This document shows, one piece after another, positions 41,691 to 50,906 of a DNA stretch of 64,000 nucleotides (the stretch's first letter is position 1; every line of letters begins with the position of its first letter). Made by a program: the position numbers and the translations under genes. The stretch is from Candidatus Omnitrophota bacterium (GTDB taxonomy: Bacteria; Omnitrophota; Omnitrophia; Omnitrophales; Aquincolibacteriaceae), in assembly GCA_043821445.1 (NCBI GenBank), contig JBDRCT010000033.1, positions 69,391 through 133,390 of the forward strand. Direction: 5' to 3'. The notes below the pieces were generated by a model, which was given only the letters and a program-made list of their open reading frames with translations, ran no database searches and had not been told where the DNA came from.

Positions 41691-42694
41691 TTCGCAAGCA
41701 CGGCTTTTTCGGCAAGACGGAGCGCCGCAAGCATAGAGGAAGGATCGGCCTTGCCCTGATAGGCAATATCAAAGGCCGTGCCGTGATCCGGAGAGGTGCG
41801 GACGTAAGGAAGCCCGAGTGTGACGTTCACGCCATCGTGGAACGCGATCAGCTTGAACGCCGTAAGCGCCTGATCGTGGTACATGCCGATCACCGCATCA
41901 TACCGGCCATGATACGCGGCATGAAAAAGGAGATCGGCCGAAAAGGGCCCTGAGGCGCCCATGCCTTTGCGGCATGCCGCGCGGACTGCCGGCTCGATCA
42001 CTTTCGTCTCTTCCTCTCCGAATTCCTTGCCATGCGGATTGAGGGCGCAAACCGCAATCCTGGGTTTTTTGATGCCTTGCCCTTCTTTAAGCATTTCATT
42101 CGTCAGACGGATCTTTTCAAGGATGGACTTCTTCGTGAGCAGTCCGCTTACTTTCTTAAGCGGCACGTGAATGGTCGCAAGCGTCGCATTGAGGCGAGGG
42201 CTCATGAACATCATGGCAAATCGCCGGATCCTAGCTTTCCCGGCAAGAAATTCCGTGTGGCCGATGAATTTTTTATCCACAAGGCGAATCGCTGTCTTGT
42301 TCACTGGCGCAGTCACGATGGCATCGATGATCCCTTGTTTTGCTAAAGACGCCGCTTTTTCGATCGCCAAGAGCGCAAGTCGTCCGTTTTCGCGACAGAG
42401 CTTCCCTATTTGAAACTTTTCACCACCCGAAGGTCCCGATGAAATATCGAGAAAATAGATATGCCCGGCGCGAAGAGATTTTGGAAGAATGGAATGCGCG
42501 GTTTGAAACGGAAGCCAAAGACCTGTTTTTTGACACAGCGTTTTAAACACTTGCCGGGATCCTATCAGGAGATAGGCCAGGCGCTTGGAGGGTTTTTCCT
42601 TTTGGAGGGCCTTCACGAGAATTTCGGGGCCAATGCCGCCCGGATCGCCCATGGTGATTGCGATTACACATGGCTTTTGCTCATTTTTTTTCAT
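41675..42694 (-). CDS. pdxA: 4-hydroxythreonine-4-phosphate dehydrogenase
   Basis: TMGDPGGIGPE, TAPVNK, GHTE, LNPH, MYHDQ and RTSPDHGTAFDIA; start moved to ATG 42694. Confidence 0.97.
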   Translation of the reverse strand: MKKNEQKPCVIAITMGDPGGIGPEILVKALQKEKPSKRLAYLLIGSRQVFKTLCQKTGLWLPFQTAHSILPKSLRAGHIYFLDISSGPSGGEKFQIGKLCRENGRLALLAIEKAASLAKQGIIDAIVTAPVNKTAIRLVDKKFIGHTEFLAGKARIRRFAMMFMSPRLNATLATIHVPLKKVSGLLTKKSILEKIRLTNEMLKEGQGIKKPRIAVCALNPHGKEFGEEETKVIEPAVRAACRKGMGASGPFSADLLFHAAYHGRYDAVIGMYHDQALTAFKLIAFHDGVNVTLGLPYVRTSPDHGTAFDIAYQGKADPSSMLAALRLAEKAVLAKCSRR

Positions 42695-42719
42695 AACCGA
42701 TACCTCTTTACCTATATCA

Positions 42720-42835
42720 CCAAGACCTAAGACCACAGACAACAGACCACGGTAAAAAAACTACCCCTTACCTTAGCCCTCTCCGCACGGGAGAGGATTG
42801 GGTGAGGGAGTCTTCAGTCTGTAGTCTGACGTCTA
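42720..42835. repeat. Inverted heptamer array (CAGACCA-type) with a nested palindrome
   Basis: taagacc acagaca acagacc ... cagtctg tagtctg; spacer holds CCCCTTACCTTAGCCCTCTCC-GCACG-GGAGAGGATTGGGTGAGGG (42764-42808). Confidence 0.8.
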
Positions 42836-43804
42836 TTTTATGGAAATATAGGCCGCCTTTTTGACTTCTTCCATCCAGTCGCGGAACCTCACGTTGCTTT
42901 TTTCCTGAAAGAGATATCCTGCGATTTGATCTTTCGCTTCTTCAAAAGTCCGGATCTTTTCAGGCTCTTTCGCTTCGACGCGAAAGATATGGTACCCGAT
43001 GGGAGTTTCTACAACCCCGGTAATCTTTCCCACGGGAGTTTTAAAGATCGCCTCATCCACGGATTCGATCATGGCGCCGCGCTCGATCCATTCTCCTGGA
43101 CCTTCCTCTTTGGCATGGCTGTCCTCGGAAAAATCCTTTACGGCTTGGTCAAAATTACGGTTGAGTCGGATCCTTTGGGCCAAAAGCTCGATCCGCTGCT
43201 TTGCTGCTTCATCCGTCAAGCCTTTCGTGCGGGCTTCTTCACTTTTCTTGATCGTGAGCGACTTGACCTGGACACGTTCCTTGCTCTTGAACTTGTCGGG
43301 ATTGTTCCTGAAAAAATCTTCTATCTCGGCAGGAGATACGATCACCTTGGAACGAATCTCACGGTCCTGGAGCTGACGGACCATCGCCTGCTTCTTGAGC
43401 CGCTCGCGCAGGGCTTTCATCGTAAGACCCTCCCGTTCAAGCATCTCTTCCAACTCCCCCGGTTTTTCCATCTTAGCCTTAAACTCCTGGAACTCTTTCT
43501 CCACGTCTTCATCCTTGATCTCGATCCCCATCAAGACCGCCTCTTGGTACACAAGCTTGTCCTCGATCATCTGGCTCAGGATCTTTTGGCGAACCTCGTC
43601 GATCGCTTTCACCAATTCCGCGCCGCTGTATTCCTTGCTGTATTGTTCATAGATCGGCCGGAGGAAAGTGTCCAGTTCGGCTTGGGTGATGACCTCGTCA
43701 TTGACCACAGCCACCACGCGGTCCAGTAGTTCCTGCTCCACGGCGTGGGCAAAAGGAATGCCTAGAACGAGAAATATTATGGGGATCAAAAAAAGACGTT
43801 TCAT
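42833..43804 (-). CDS. surA: SurA-like peptidyl-prolyl isomerase chaperone
   Basis: Signal peptide; DRVVAVVNDEVITQAEL; parvulin domain (FSED, ETPIGYHIF); mfd-surA-pdxA-rsmA order. Confidence 0.85.
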   Translation of the reverse strand: MKRLFLIPIIFLVLGIPFAHAVEQELLDRVVAVVNDEVITQAELDTFLRPIYEQYSKEYSGAELVKAIDEVRQKILSQMIEDKLVYQEAVLMGIEIKDEDVEKEFQEFKAKMEKPGELEEMLEREGLTMKALRERLKKQAMVRQLQDREIRSKVIVSPAEIEDFFRNNPDKFKSKERVQVKSLTIKKSEEARTKGLTDEAAKQRIELLAQRIRLNRNFDQAVKDFSEDSHAKEEGPGEWIERGAMIESVDEAIFKTPVGKITGVVETPIGYHIFRVEAKEPEKIRTFEEAKDQIAGYLFQEKSNVRFRDWMEEVKKAAYISIK

Positions 43805-43826
43805 GGAGGGGTATTATACAACAATT

Positions 43827-43906
43827 CAGACTTGAGACTACAGACTTCAGACCATAAAAAACCGCTCGTTTTGGTCTATCGTCTGTTGTCTGCGGTCTGT
43901 GGTCTG
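43827..43906. repeat. Inverted heptamer array (TGGTCTG-type)
   Basis: cagactt gagacta cagactt cagacca ... tggtcta tcgtctg ttgtctg cggtctg tggtctg; encodes the Mfd tail and stop. Confidence 0.88.
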
Positions 43907-45787
43907 TTTTTGCTCTGCCACGGCTTTTTTGAGCATACGGCAATAAAGATCAAAACCCACAGCCTGAATGAACCCGCTTTGTTCATGTCCAAGCAGATTC
44001 CCGGCGCCGCGGATCTCAAGATCTTCCATCGCGATCTTGAAACCCGACCCGAGTTGGGTGAATTTTTCGATGGCGTGAAGCCTTTTTTGAGCGTCCTGTG
44101 TCATGACCCAATTTTTCGGGATCAGAAAATAAGCATAGGCTTGCCGCTTTTCTTTGAAACGCCCTACACGCCCTCGCAGTTGATAAAGATCCGCAAGCCC
44201 GAAGCAATCGGCCCGGTCCACAAGAAGCGTATTGACGTTCGGAATATCGATCCCGGATTCCACGATACAGGTCGAAATAAGGCAATCGATCTCGCCCCTC
44301 AGGAATTTTTTCATGACGGTTTCAAGCCTGTCGACCGGCATCTGCCCGTGCATGACCCCGAACCGGACGCCGGGCAGAATTTCTTGCATCCGCTTATAGA
44401 CCCGTTCGATCGATTGCACACGGTTGTGCACAAAATAGACCTGCCCTTTGCGCGCAAGTTCCCGCTCGATCGCCTGCTTGATAATGGTTTCATGATATTC
44501 CATGACAAAGGTCTCGATCGGTATCCGGTTTTGAGGCGGCGTATCGATGACCGACATATTGCGCACGCCGAGGAGCGCCATATGGAGCGTTCTCGGGATG
44601 GGCGTGGCCGTAAGCGTCAGGACGTCCACTTGCGTACGCATTTGTTTCAGCTTTTCCTTGTGCCGCACCCCGAAGCGCTGTTCCTCGTCGATCATGACGA
44701 GCCCGAGATCTTTGAACCGGATATCCTTGGAAAGCAGGCGGTGGGTGCCGATCACAACGTCCGTTGCGCCTTCCTGGAGGGACCTGACGATCACCTTTTG
44801 TTCTTTCGGGGATTGAAATCGGGAGAGAAGCTCGACTGTGACCGGAAAATTTTTCGCGCGCTCCTTTAGTAAAACATAATGCTGTTCGGCAAGGATCGTG
44901 GTCGGCACCAAAAACGCCACTTGTTTGCCTCCCATGACCGCTTTGAATGCCGCACGCATCGCGACCTCGGTCTTCCCGTAGCCCACGTCCCCGCAAAGCA
45001 GGCGGTCCATCGGTCCCGTGGATTCCATATCCCGTTTTACTTCTTCGATCGCGCGCTTCTGTCCGGGCGTTTCTTCAAAAGGAAATTCTTTTTCGAATTC
45101 TTTCTGCCATGGCGTGTCCTTCGGGAAGGCCAGCCCTTGCGAAAGACTGCGCTTGGCCTGGATCTCAAGAAGGTCTTTGGCGACCTTGTGGAGCGCCGTC
45201 CGTGTCCGGTGCTTGATCCGCTCCCATTCCTGAGTGTTGAGCCGGGTCAGTTTCGGCCCGACGCCGGAGCCGCCGATGTAACGCTCCACGGGTTCTTCAA
45301 TGGAAAGGTAAAGGATCTCACGCTCGGCGTATTCGATCGCCATACAGCGGGTGCGGACCCCCTGCATTTGAATGACCTTGGTGCCGAGAAAACGACCGAT
45401 GCCGTACTTGAGGTGCACCACGAGGTCCCCGCGCTCAAGGTCTTTGGTGCCGGCCACGGGCTCGAAGGTCTCGAGCCGCTCCTCCATGCGCCGGAGTTTT
45501 TTCCGGAACATGTCGGAGACCTGAATGAGGAACACCTCTTCAAAGGTCGCCGTGCTTTCGCCCGTGGCGAGCGAGAAATCGCGGATCTGGACGGGCGTAT
45601 CGCCTTGAAATTGAATGCGGACAGGAAGCCGGTAGGTCACGGGATAGATGTCCACCATCCCGCCGCGTACGGCGAATTCCCCCGGCAGAGCGACATATTC
45701 CCGCTTCTGGTATTGGAGCCCCGTAAGAAGCTCCTCAAGCTGCCCGATCCCGATCTCCGCGTTGATCCTAAGCCGTCGGATTTCCAC
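43847..45787 (-). CDS. mfd: Transcription-repair coupling factor, short form (646 aa)
   Basis: PGEFAVRGG (UvrB-like D2), GDLVVHLKYGIG (RID), CGDVGYGKTEVA, DEEQRFG, TATPIPRT, QLRGRVGR and DLEIRGAGNLLG. Confidence 0.92.
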   Translation of the reverse strand: MEIRRLRINAEIGIGQLEELLTGLQYQKREYVALPGEFAVRGGMVDIYPVTYRLPVRIQFQGDTPVQIRDFSLATGESTATFEEVFLIQVSDMFRKKLRRMEERLETFEPVAGTKDLERGDLVVHLKYGIGRFLGTKVIQMQGVRTRCMAIEYAEREILYLSIEEPVERYIGGSGVGPKLTRLNTQEWERIKHRTRTALHKVAKDLLEIQAKRSLSQGLAFPKDTPWQKEFEKEFPFEETPGQKRAIEEVKRDMESTGPMDRLLCGDVGYGKTEVAMRAAFKAVMGGKQVAFLVPTTILAEQHYVLLKERAKNFPVTVELLSRFQSPKEQKVIVRSLQEGATDVVIGTHRLLSKDIRFKDLGLVMIDEEQRFGVRHKEKLKQMRTQVDVLTLTATPIPRTLHMALLGVRNMSVIDTPPQNRIPIETFVMEYHETIIKQAIERELARKGQVYFVHNRVQSIERVYKRMQEILPGVRFGVMHGQMPVDRLETVMKKFLRGEIDCLISTCIVESGIDIPNVNTLLVDRADCFGLADLYQLRGRVGRFKEKRQAYAYFLIPKNWVMTQDAQKRLHAIEKFTQLGSGFKIAMEDLEIRGAGNLLGHEQSGFIQAVGFDLYCRMLKKAVAEQKQTTDRRQQTIDQNERFFMV

Positions 45788-45895
45788 CCCGTTAGATCTC
45801 CTGATTATGTAAATCTTTAAATTTAAAAGGAAATTCCATGGACCTTTCTTCCCCGAAAGTCCCCAGCATTGTTTTGGTTAAGAGATCTAACGGGG
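45787..45895. mobile_element. CCCCGTTA-type MITE-like element in the mfd start codon
   Basis: TIR CCCCGTTAGATCTC / GAGATCTAACGGGG, 109 bp, flanked by direct repeat TCCA (45783-45786, 45896-45899). Confidence 0.9.
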
Positions 45896-45986
45896 TCCAT
45901 AGGGAGGGTATTTTAACACAAAGTGGGCCTATTCATTTTTCAAGAAAAGCGGCTTTCCCGGACGGGAACTACTTAAAAATAGAGGC

Positions 45987-46061
45987 GTCCTGGATTCAAA
46001 TATAAAAATAATTGAAATCCAGGACAGCACTGATCTTCAATGAATTTTTATAGAGGATCAG
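45987..46061. repeat. Tandem pair of hairpins, possible variant of the double-hairpin element
   Basis: GTCCTGGATT..AATCCAGGAC (39 bp), then AGCA, then CTGATCTTC..GAGGATCAG. Confidence 0.5.
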
Positions 46062-46098
46062 GCGATGCACTTGACGGAGGGTTGCTTTCTCTTATTTT

Positions 46099-47262
46099 TT
46101 ATTTGAAGATAGAGGAAATTCGTGTTACCGCGGCTTCGATGTCTTTTTCTGAGGTGGCGTAACTCATGCGGATATGACGAGGACTGCCGAATGGCTCGCA
46201 GGGAATGACCGCGACATGGACTTCATCGAGGAGTTTCTTCGCGACTTCAAAGCCGCTCAGGCCCGTTCCCTGAATGTCCACGAAAAGATAGAAAGCTCCG
46301 TTCGATCTGAACGGTTTAAAGGATTTCACGGCCTTCAGTTTCTCGATGAAAAGATCGCGGCGTTTCTGGAACACTTCGCACATCTTTTGGGCTTCCGCAT
46401 CCCCTTGATCCAGGGCGACCACTGCACCGGGCTGCGTGAAAGAAACCGGATTCGACGTCGAGTGGCTCTGAATGCTCTCCACGGCCTTGGCGAGGGTCTT
46501 ATCCGGAAACGCGGCATATCCCAAACGCCAACCGGTCATTGCATAGGCTTTGCTGTGCCCGTTCACGATCACCGTGCGCTTGGCGATCTCGGGATCCAAA
46601 GATGCGATCGAAACGTGTTTGCGGCCGTCAAAAACAAGTTTTTCATAGATCTCGTCGCTTAACACGGTCACGTTCGGGAACTTCTTAAGCGCCGCACAAA
46701 GCGCCGAGAGTTCTTCCCGGGAATAAACGGCCCCGGTGGGATTCGACGGCGAATTCAGAATGAGGATCTTGGAACGCGGCGTGAGCGCTTTTGCGAGCAC
46801 TTCGGGTGTGATCTTGAAATCCGTTTTTTCCGTCGACGGGAGAAAAACACTCGCACCGCCGAGGACGGTCACCATTTCGGGATAACTCAACCAATAGGGC
46901 ACGGGAATAAGCACTTCATCGCCCGGGTTCAAAAGGGCAAAAAGCACATTAAAGATCACATGCTTGGCACCACAACCGACCACGATCTGATCGGGAGTAA
47001 AATCAAGGCCCTGATCACGCTTCAGTTTGCGGCAAATGGCCTGGCGAAGTTCGACGGTTCCTGGAACGGGGGTATATTTGGTATTCCCTTTGTTGAGGGA
47101 TTCGATACAGGCGTTTTTGATAAAGGCCGGTGTATCAAAATCTGGTTCGCCGGCGCTCAAGGAGATCACATCGATCCCCTGCGCTTTCATCGCCTTCGCC
47201 TTGGCGGCTATTTCAAGTGTCACTGAGGGTTTTACCGCGAGAACTCTGCTTGAAAGTTCCAT
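46099..47262 (-). CDS. PLP-dependent class I/II (aspartate-type) aminotransferase
   Basis: AGEPDFDTP, NSPSNPTG, SDEIYE and SKAYAMTGWRLGY motifs. Confidence 0.95.
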   Translation of the reverse strand: MELSSRVLAVKPSVTLEIAAKAKAMKAQGIDVISLSAGEPDFDTPAFIKNACIESLNKGNTKYTPVPGTVELRQAICRKLKRDQGLDFTPDQIVVGCGAKHVIFNVLFALLNPGDEVLIPVPYWLSYPEMVTVLGGASVFLPSTEKTDFKITPEVLAKALTPRSKILILNSPSNPTGAVYSREELSALCAALKKFPNVTVLSDEIYEKLVFDGRKHVSIASLDPEIAKRTVIVNGHSKAYAMTGWRLGYAAFPDKTLAKAVESIQSHSTSNPVSFTQPGAVVALDQGDAEAQKMCEVFQKRRDLFIEKLKAVKSFKPFRSNGAFYLFVDIQGTGLSGFEVAKKLLDEVHVAVIPCEPFGSPRHIRMSYATSEKDIEAAVTRISSIFK

Positions 47263-47267
47263 GCTTG

Positions 47268-47394
47268 CCCCGTTAGAGATAGGGAACGCTTTAAAAGCGT
47301 TCCCGTTTGTTGTTTTGAAATCCTACATCAAACCTTTTATCCTGCTTCCCGAAAAAGACCCGCAAAAATATTTCCTCGCTGATCTCTAACGGGG
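47268..47394. mobile_element. CCCCGTTA-type MITE-like element
   Basis: TIR CCCCGTTAGAGAT / ATCTCTAACGGGG, 127 bp; fills nearly the whole rplQ-aminotransferase spacer; internal hairpin GGGAACGCTT/AAGCGTTCCC. Confidence 0.88.
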
Positions 47395-47946
47395 TTAATA
47401 TTCGTCGCCTTTGAAGAATTTCCGGAGCTTCCCAAGAAAACCGCCCTTTTTCTCCGAGTCCTTCTTCTCTGCCTGTTTCGTGACTTCAGACTCTTTTTTC
47501 GTATCTGCGGCCTTAGGAGACTCCTTGGCCGGCGCCTTCTCAGCGGGTTTTGCTACTTTCTTTTTCTTGGCTTTTTTGGCAGGAGCTTCAAAAACCGCGG
47601 TCCATTCCAAAAGAGCCATTTGAGCGCCATCTCCGGCACGATATCCCAGCCGAAGCACGCGGGTATAGCCACCCTCGCGATCCTTAAAAAGCGGAGCGAT
47701 CTGGGTCATCAAAATACGCGCGATCTCCGGGTCCCGGACCTTGGAGATCAAAAGCCGGCGAGCATGAAGCCCCTCGCGCTTCGCGATCGTGACCATCTTA
47801 TCCGCGAACGCGCTGGTCTCTTTGGCTTTGGCATGCGTTGTTTCGATCCGTTTTTTTAAGACGAGCGCCCGCACGAGATTCCTGAGCTTCGCCGTGCGGT
47901 GAGCGGTGACAACCCCTAATGTCCTTCTGCGACGTTGATGGCGCAT
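47395..47946 (-). CDS. rplQ: 50S ribosomal protein L17
   Basis: MRHQ, IETTHAKAKE, GGYTRV and RAGDGA; Lys/Ala-rich tail. Confidence 0.97.
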   Translation of the reverse strand: MRHQRRRRTLGVVTAHRTAKLRNLVRALVLKKRIETTHAKAKETSAFADKMVTIAKREGLHARRLLISKVRDPEIARILMTQIAPLFKDREGGYTRVLRLGYRAGDGAQMALLEWTAVFEAPAKKAKKKKVAKPAEKAPAKESPKAADTKKESEVTKQAEKKDSEKKGGFLGKLRKFFKGDEY

Positions 47947-47955
47947 GATAGATCC

Positions 47956-48963
47956 TTATGATTCTTTCAGGGCTGCATGCGACGCGCCCCTGTTCAACGA
48001 AGGGTCCTCGATGTTCATTCCGAGATGAAGGTTCATCCCGACCAAGATCGCATTAATCTCGTTAAGGGATTTTTTTCCGAAGTTTTTGTATTTGAGCATC
48101 TGTCCTTCCGTCTTTTGAATAAGCTCCCCGATCGTTTTGATATTGGCGGCCTCGAGGCAGTTGGCACTGCGAACAGAAAGCTCCAACTCGCTGATCGGTT
48201 TGTGGATCATATCCAAAAATTCTTTGTCTTCAACTTCTTCTTCTTCCTCTTCCTCCGGTAATTCGCCGTAGTTGACGAAGACATCGAGATGCCGTTGGAG
48301 AATGTTCGACGCATAAAGAAGCGCTTCTTCCGGGCCCATAGCACCGTTCGTCCACACTTCCAGGACCAGACGGTCATAATCGGTCACTTGTCCTACGCGG
48401 GTGTCTTCCACATAGAAATTCACCTTGGTCACGGGAGAAAAGCACGAATCGACCGTCACCACACCAATGGAGGAATCTTCCTGCTTGTTTTTCTCGGCAG
48501 GAACATAACCACGGCCACGGCCCACTTCCATCTCCATCTTGAAGTTGTGGGATTTGCTCAGGGTGCAAAGCACGAGTTCGGGATTCACGATCTCAACCGT
48601 CTCATCCGCTTGAATATCGCCGGCCTTGACCGGGCCTTGTTTCTTGATGTCGATATAGATCTTCTTCGGACCTTTGCCATGATAACGGAGCACGATCTTC
48701 TTGACGTTCATCACGATCTGAGCGCCGTCCTCAACCACGCCTTCGACCGCTGAGAATTCATGCAACATCCCGTCGATCTTGATGCTGGTCACCGCAGCGC
48801 CATCGATCGAGGAGATGAGTACGCGCCTGAGCGCATTTCCGATCGTGGTGCCATAACCCCGTTCGAACGGTTCGGCAATGAACTTGCCATAATTGGGCGT
48901 CAGCGATCCTTGTTCTGCTTCGAGGCGCTTCGGCATTTCAAACGTTTTCCAACGAATACCCAT
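47956..48963 (-). CDS. rpoA: RNA polymerase alpha subunit
   Basis: EPFERGYGTTIGNALRR, GRGYVPA, LSVRSANCL and NFGKKSL motifs. Confidence 0.99.
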   Translation of the reverse strand: MGIRWKTFEMPKRLEAEQGSLTPNYGKFIAEPFERGYGTTIGNALRRVLISSIDGAAVTSIKIDGMLHEFSAVEGVVEDGAQIVMNVKKIVLRYHGKGPKKIYIDIKKQGPVKAGDIQADETVEIVNPELVLCTLSKSHNFKMEMEVGRGRGYVPAEKNKQEDSSIGVVTVDSCFSPVTKVNFYVEDTRVGQVTDYDRLVLEVWTNGAMGPEEALLYASNILQRHLDVFVNYGELPEEEEEEEVEDKEFLDMIHKPISELELSVRSANCLEAANIKTIGELIQKTEGQMLKYKNFGKKSLNEINAILVGMNLHLGMNIEDPSLNRGASHAALKES

Positions 48964-49021
48964 GGTGTTTCCTCCTTATGCGATCCGATATAAAAAACTT
49001 TTCAAGAAAAGAATCTGTTCC

Positions 49022-49645
49022 CTACTTCGAATACAATTCCACGATAAGAGCTTCTTCAACAGGGATTCCCGCATCCGCTTTTGTGGGAAGCCTCGTGATC
49101 TCTCCGATCAATTTTTCACGATCAAGCGCAAGCCATTCAGGAGCATTCAAATCCTTCCACTTCTCCATGCTTGCCTGCACTCTCTTGATCTGCGGCTCCT
49201 TCTGCTTCACACTGATCTTGTCTCCGACTTTGCAAACATAGGAAGGAATATCGACCTTCCGGCCGTTGACGGTGATGTGCCCGTGTCCGACCATTTGACG
49301 CGCTTCCCTGCGGGAACCGGAAAAGAGAAGACGGAATACCACGTTATCCAAACGCCGCTCGTGAAGCTGGATCAACATTTCACCCGTCACGCCTTTCATC
49401 TGGACTGCACGCGCGAAAAACACCCGAAACTGACGCTCGGTGACTCCGTAGATCCTTTTCATTTTTTGTTTTTCACGCAATTGCACGCCATAGTCGGAAA
49501 TTTTTTGACGGGAAAGACCATGCTGCCCGGGCGGTTTTGATAAACGTTTATCATGCTTTTCATCGGTCGTACGTCGACCCTTAAGACCGAGGTTCACCCC
49601 CTCGCGACGGTGCAACCGGATCACTGGACCGCGATATCTCCCCAT
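49022..49645 (-). CDS. rpsD: 30S ribosomal protein S4
   Basis: PPGQHG, QLREKQK, RLDNVVFR and IVELYSK motifs. Confidence 0.99.
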   Translation of the reverse strand: MGRYRGPVIRLHRREGVNLGLKGRRTTDEKHDKRLSKPPGQHGLSRQKISDYGVQLREKQKMKRIYGVTERQFRVFFARAVQMKGVTGEMLIQLHERRLDNVVFRLLFSGSRREARQMVGHGHITVNGRKVDIPSYVCKVGDKISVKQKEPQIKRVQASMEKWKDLNAPEWLALDREKLIGEITRLPTKADAGIPVEEALIVELYSK

Positions 49646-49647
49646 AA

Positions 49648-50019
49648 TTAAACTCTCCTCTTCTTCGGCGGACGGCAGCCATTATGCGGCACCGGTGTAA
49701 TATCATGGATCGCGCTGATTACAAGTCCTGCGGCCTGAAGCGCACGGATCGCTGATTCGCGGCCCGCGCCGGGGCCTTTGATGTAAACTTCTACTTCTTT
49801 CATTCCGTATTCCATGGATTTTTTGGCGGCCTTCTCAGCAGCCATCTGTGCCGCAAAAGGCGTCGACTTCTTCGAACCCTTAAAACCCGCCGAGCCCGAA
49901 GATTCCCAGCAAACACAGTTGCCGCCGGCATCCGTGATCGTGATAATCGTATTATTGAAACTTGCCGCGATGTGTGCTACGCCGCGGACGATGTGTTTGA
50001 TCTTCTTCTTTTTTGCCAT
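49648..50019 (-). CDS. rpsK: 30S ribosomal protein S11
   Basis: [14 protein letters not shown] and PHNGCRPPK motifs. Confidence 0.99.
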   Translation of the reverse strand: MAKKKKIKHIVRGVAHIAASFNNTIITITDAGGNCVCWESSGSAGFKGSKKSTPFAAQMAAEKAAKKSMEYGMKEVEVYIKGPGAGRESAIRALQAAGLVISAIHDITPVPHNGCRPPKKRRV

Positions 50020-50050
50020 AGAATTCCTTTATCTCGGTGATAAGCTCAGA

Positions 50051-50437
50051 TTATTTAGGTGCGGGCGCCCCTTTAGCAAGTCCGCCCACGGTTTTACGTT
50101 TGCCTTTACGGGTGCGTGCATTCGTATGCGTTCTCTGCCCGCGACACGGCAGACCTTTCAAATGCCTCGACCCGCGATAGCAGCGGATATCCATCAGACG
50201 CTTGATGTTCATCTGGATCTCACGCCGAAGATCCCCTTCCACTTTCGTGGTCCGCTGAATAATTCCCGTAAGGGCAGAAACTTCAGCTTCGGTCAGGTCC
50301 TTGGCGCGTTTCGCCGGATCGACCTTAGCTTCCAACAAAATCTTTTTTGAAAGCGTTTTTCCGACCCCGTACAAATAGGTCAACGCTACATCCACTCTTT
50401 TTTCTCTCGGGATATCCACCCCAATGATACGTGGCAT
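50051..50437 (-). CDS. rpsM: 30S ribosomal protein S13
   Basis: [14 protein letters not shown] and [14 protein letters not shown] motifs. Confidence 0.99.
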   Translation of the reverse strand: MPRIIGVDIPREKRVDVALTYLYGVGKTLSKKILLEAKVDPAKRAKDLTEAEVSALTGIIQRTTKVEGDLRREIQMNIKRLMDIRCYRGSRHLKGLPCRGQRTHTNARTRKGKRKTVGGLAKGAPAPK

Positions 50438-50464
50438 ACTCTGGATCCTTTCTTAAAAAATCAA

Positions 50465-50578
50465 TTAACCTTGTCGCTGCTTGTGCTTCGGATTACTGCA
50501 GATCACATACACGTAGCCTTTGCGACGTACGATCTTGCAATTCTCGCAGATTTTTCGAACTGAACTTCGAACTTTCAT
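50465..50578 (-). CDS. rpmJ: 50S ribosomal protein L36
   Basis: Below the ORF-track cutoff; manual translation [37 protein letters not shown]. Confidence 0.98.
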   Translation of the reverse strand: MKVRSSVRKICENCKIVRRKGYVYVICSNPKHKQRQG

Positions 50579-50596
50579 TTTTTCACCTCAGAGAAT

Positions 50597-50815
50597 TCAT
50601 TTAACTCGAAAAGTAATTCTTCCCCGCGTCAGATCGTATGGAGAAAGCTCCATCTTCACTTTGTCCCCCGGAAGAATGCGGATGTAATGCATCCTCATCT
50701 TACCGGAGATGTGCGCCAGCACCTTATGCCCGTTCTCAAGCTCAACGCGGAACATTGCATTGGGCAAAGGCTCGATCACGGTTCCTTCTACTTCGATCGC
50801 ATCTTCTTTCGGCAT
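50597..50815 (-). CDS. infA: Translation initiation factor IF-1
   Basis: [14 protein letters not shown] and [10 protein letters not shown] motifs. Confidence 0.99.
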   Translation of the reverse strand: MPKEDAIEVEGTVIEPLPNAMFRVELENGHKVLAHISGKMRMHYIRILPGDKVKMELSPYDLTRGRITFRVK

Positions 50816-50818
50816 CGT

Positions 50819-50906
50819 CTAGTCCCAATTCTTATCAATTTCAGAGAATCTGAAATTGGGGCAACCCTTGTCAACCATTTAAGAAAAGAATCACAGGCAA
50901 GGGTAG
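50819..50906. mobile_element. Double-hairpin element, copy 6 (map-infA junction)
   Basis: CTAG|tcccaat..39..attgggg|CAAC|ccttgtc..37..ggcaagg|GTAG; supplies the map stop codon. Confidence 0.82.
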
